The notes beneath the pieces were generated by a model. The model searched no databases. It was not told the origin of the DNA and saw nothing but the letters and a program-made list of their open reading frames with translations. A stretch of DNA of 64,000 nt, taken from assembly GCA_030704615.1 (NCBI GenBank), contig CM060732.1:61690001-61754000 (forward strand), read 5' to 3'. Origin of the DNA: Takakia lepidozioides. Lineage: Eukaryota; Plantae; Bryophyta. A program made the position numbers and the translations under genes. Shown here one piece after another: positions 62,601 to 64,000 of the stretch (positions are counted from its first letter, which is position 1; each line of letters begins with the position of its first letter).

Positions 62601-64000
62601 CGCTCTCCCGGGACCGAAGTCGGAGGCTCCCAGTCCAAATCGCCCTCACTTTCTGTCATCCATTTTGATCCCATCCTGTGTAAATCACATGCCCCATAAG
62701 TCCACTTTTTGTGACCCCTAATTCGCACTTTTGAAGCTTTGGGCATACACTTCCCTTCCCGCAATTTCTGGATCCCCCTTTTTAGGTGCTCAAGTGCTTT
62801 CCTTTGTTGTTCGATTACCAAGATGTCGTCGATGTAGCACGATCACAAAGTCATCCAACCACTCCTGGAAAAGGCTGTTCATTAGCGTGCTAAAGGTTGC
62901 GGGTGCGTTGGTGAGCCCAAAGGCATCACCAAGACTCATATGAACCATACCTTGTCCTGCACGCGGTCTTCTCCTCGTCTCCTTCCGCCACTCGAATTTG
63001 ATGTAGTCAGAGGCGCAAATCGATCCGGCTGAAATACTTCGCTCCTGCCAACCGATCAAGAGGTCGTCGATCCTTGGCAAGGGTACCGGTGTTTTTATAG
63101 TCACCTTATTTAGAGGCCCTGTAATCGACACACATCCGCAACGTCCCATCCTTCTTGTCTGCGAATAGCACCGGGGCTCCGAAGGTGACTTACTCGGCCG
63201 ATGTACCCCTTTGACATTAGATCCTTGAGCTGAGTCCTCACTCGACCACTCTCTGTGGCTCAACCGGTAGGGCGCCTTGGCAGGCGCTCCGATCCCGGTG
63301 ATCACCTCAATCTTGTTGGTCAACTCCTCTTCGCGGTGGCAAGCCGCTTTGTAAATCCTCCGGCATCACATCCTGGTATTTATCCAAAATCCCCTTGATC
63401 CATCTGGGCTCGGCTCCCGATCGCGCTTCTCCCTTCACTTGTCTCACGTAAGCAAAAACTGGGCTTGTGTGGCTCCTCCGGCCCACTCCTTTGCTGAAAC
63501 AGTTTTATTTGCCCGCCCACTGGGTTGGGTGTTTCCGACACTCTTAAAAACTTTGCCACCATTCCCACATGGTAGCTTGACCATTCTCTGCGGCCATCTA
63601 TGACCGCTCCGGATTTTCGCAAATGTCTTCCCAAAATGATATCCCTCCATCGATCCTGCACATGGTGAAGTTCTCACGTCCCTCCCAACTCCCGAGCTGA
63701 AGAGGAACATCGAACGTCAACCTCGTCGCCAATGGTGGTTCTCTTTTGGCAGAACGCACCTCAATAGAGGCCCCCACATCATTTGTCGGGAGTCCAGCTT
63801 CCGTGCCGTTGCCGTGTCATGAAGGAGTGCGACGCTCCTGTGTCCACCAACAACGCACGTTAGTTCCGGAGATTATCCGACTCACAACCATTAAACAACT
63901 CCCTTTACGCAAGGCGCCAGTTTCCTGATACAACTCACAGAGTAGTTTCTACCTTGCAGTCTTGGCGACCACCGCCTCCACCAAGCAGCTGATGGAAGCT
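59668..64000 (-). mobile_element. Degenerate Ty3/Gypsy chromovirus pol (protease, RT, RNase H, integrase, chromodomain)
   Basis: PLPRIDDL, FGLTNAPATF, IHTDASDFVIGGVLMQ, HDGPLAGHGG..C..CQ, FQPTTDGQTE, GPFRI and chromodomain EYEGEAVL...EYLVKWKGY...SWV; numerous frameshifts. Confidence 0.93.
61076..62230. repeat. Array of about 19 24-bp palindromes (CGGAAATGCGGTACCGCATTTCCG) with a 53-bp period, replacing part of Gypsy RNase H
   Basis: AAATGCG starts at 61201, 61254, 61307, 61360, 61413, 61466 and 61519; about four recurring spacer types. Confidence 0.92.

Overview
Eukaryotic, transposon-dense land-plant genomic DNA. Evidence for this is spliceosomal GT-AG introns, a plastid-targeted J-protein, a PLS-type PPR fragment, and Copia, Gypsy-chromovirus, CACTA, hAT-like and MULE elements; a non-seed plant is a guess only. 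The only clear host gene is an intronless chloroplast DnaJ (J20-like) at 20438-21082. Main discovery: a family of Mutator-like (MULE) DNA transposons. Beside a GCM-like/DDE/SWIM transposase, each carries a divergently transcribed, intron-rich accessory gene encoding an N-terminal ParB/sulfiredoxin-fold domain (VWDGNHRL) fused to a prokaryote-type beta-class N4C/N6A DNA-methyltransferase-like domain. One member is complete (about 29674-41496; the accessory ORF reconstructs intact as 10 exons, about 1104 aa). A second, diverged and pseudogenised member runs from the window start to 6852, and a probable third deletion derivative spans 28338-55613. Introns of both accessory genes carry arrays of element-specific 22-28 bp palindromes. 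A third, orphan array with a 53-bp period sits inside a Gypsy element. All three arrays share a central CG-N4-CG core, which suggests a protein plus cognate cis-site module (parS-like or VANDAL/VANC-like). The 27.8-56.7 kb region is a nest of up to five layers (Copia > MULE remnant > CACTA > hAT-MITE > MULE), with TSDs visible for the inner three. All calls were made by eye, without database searches.
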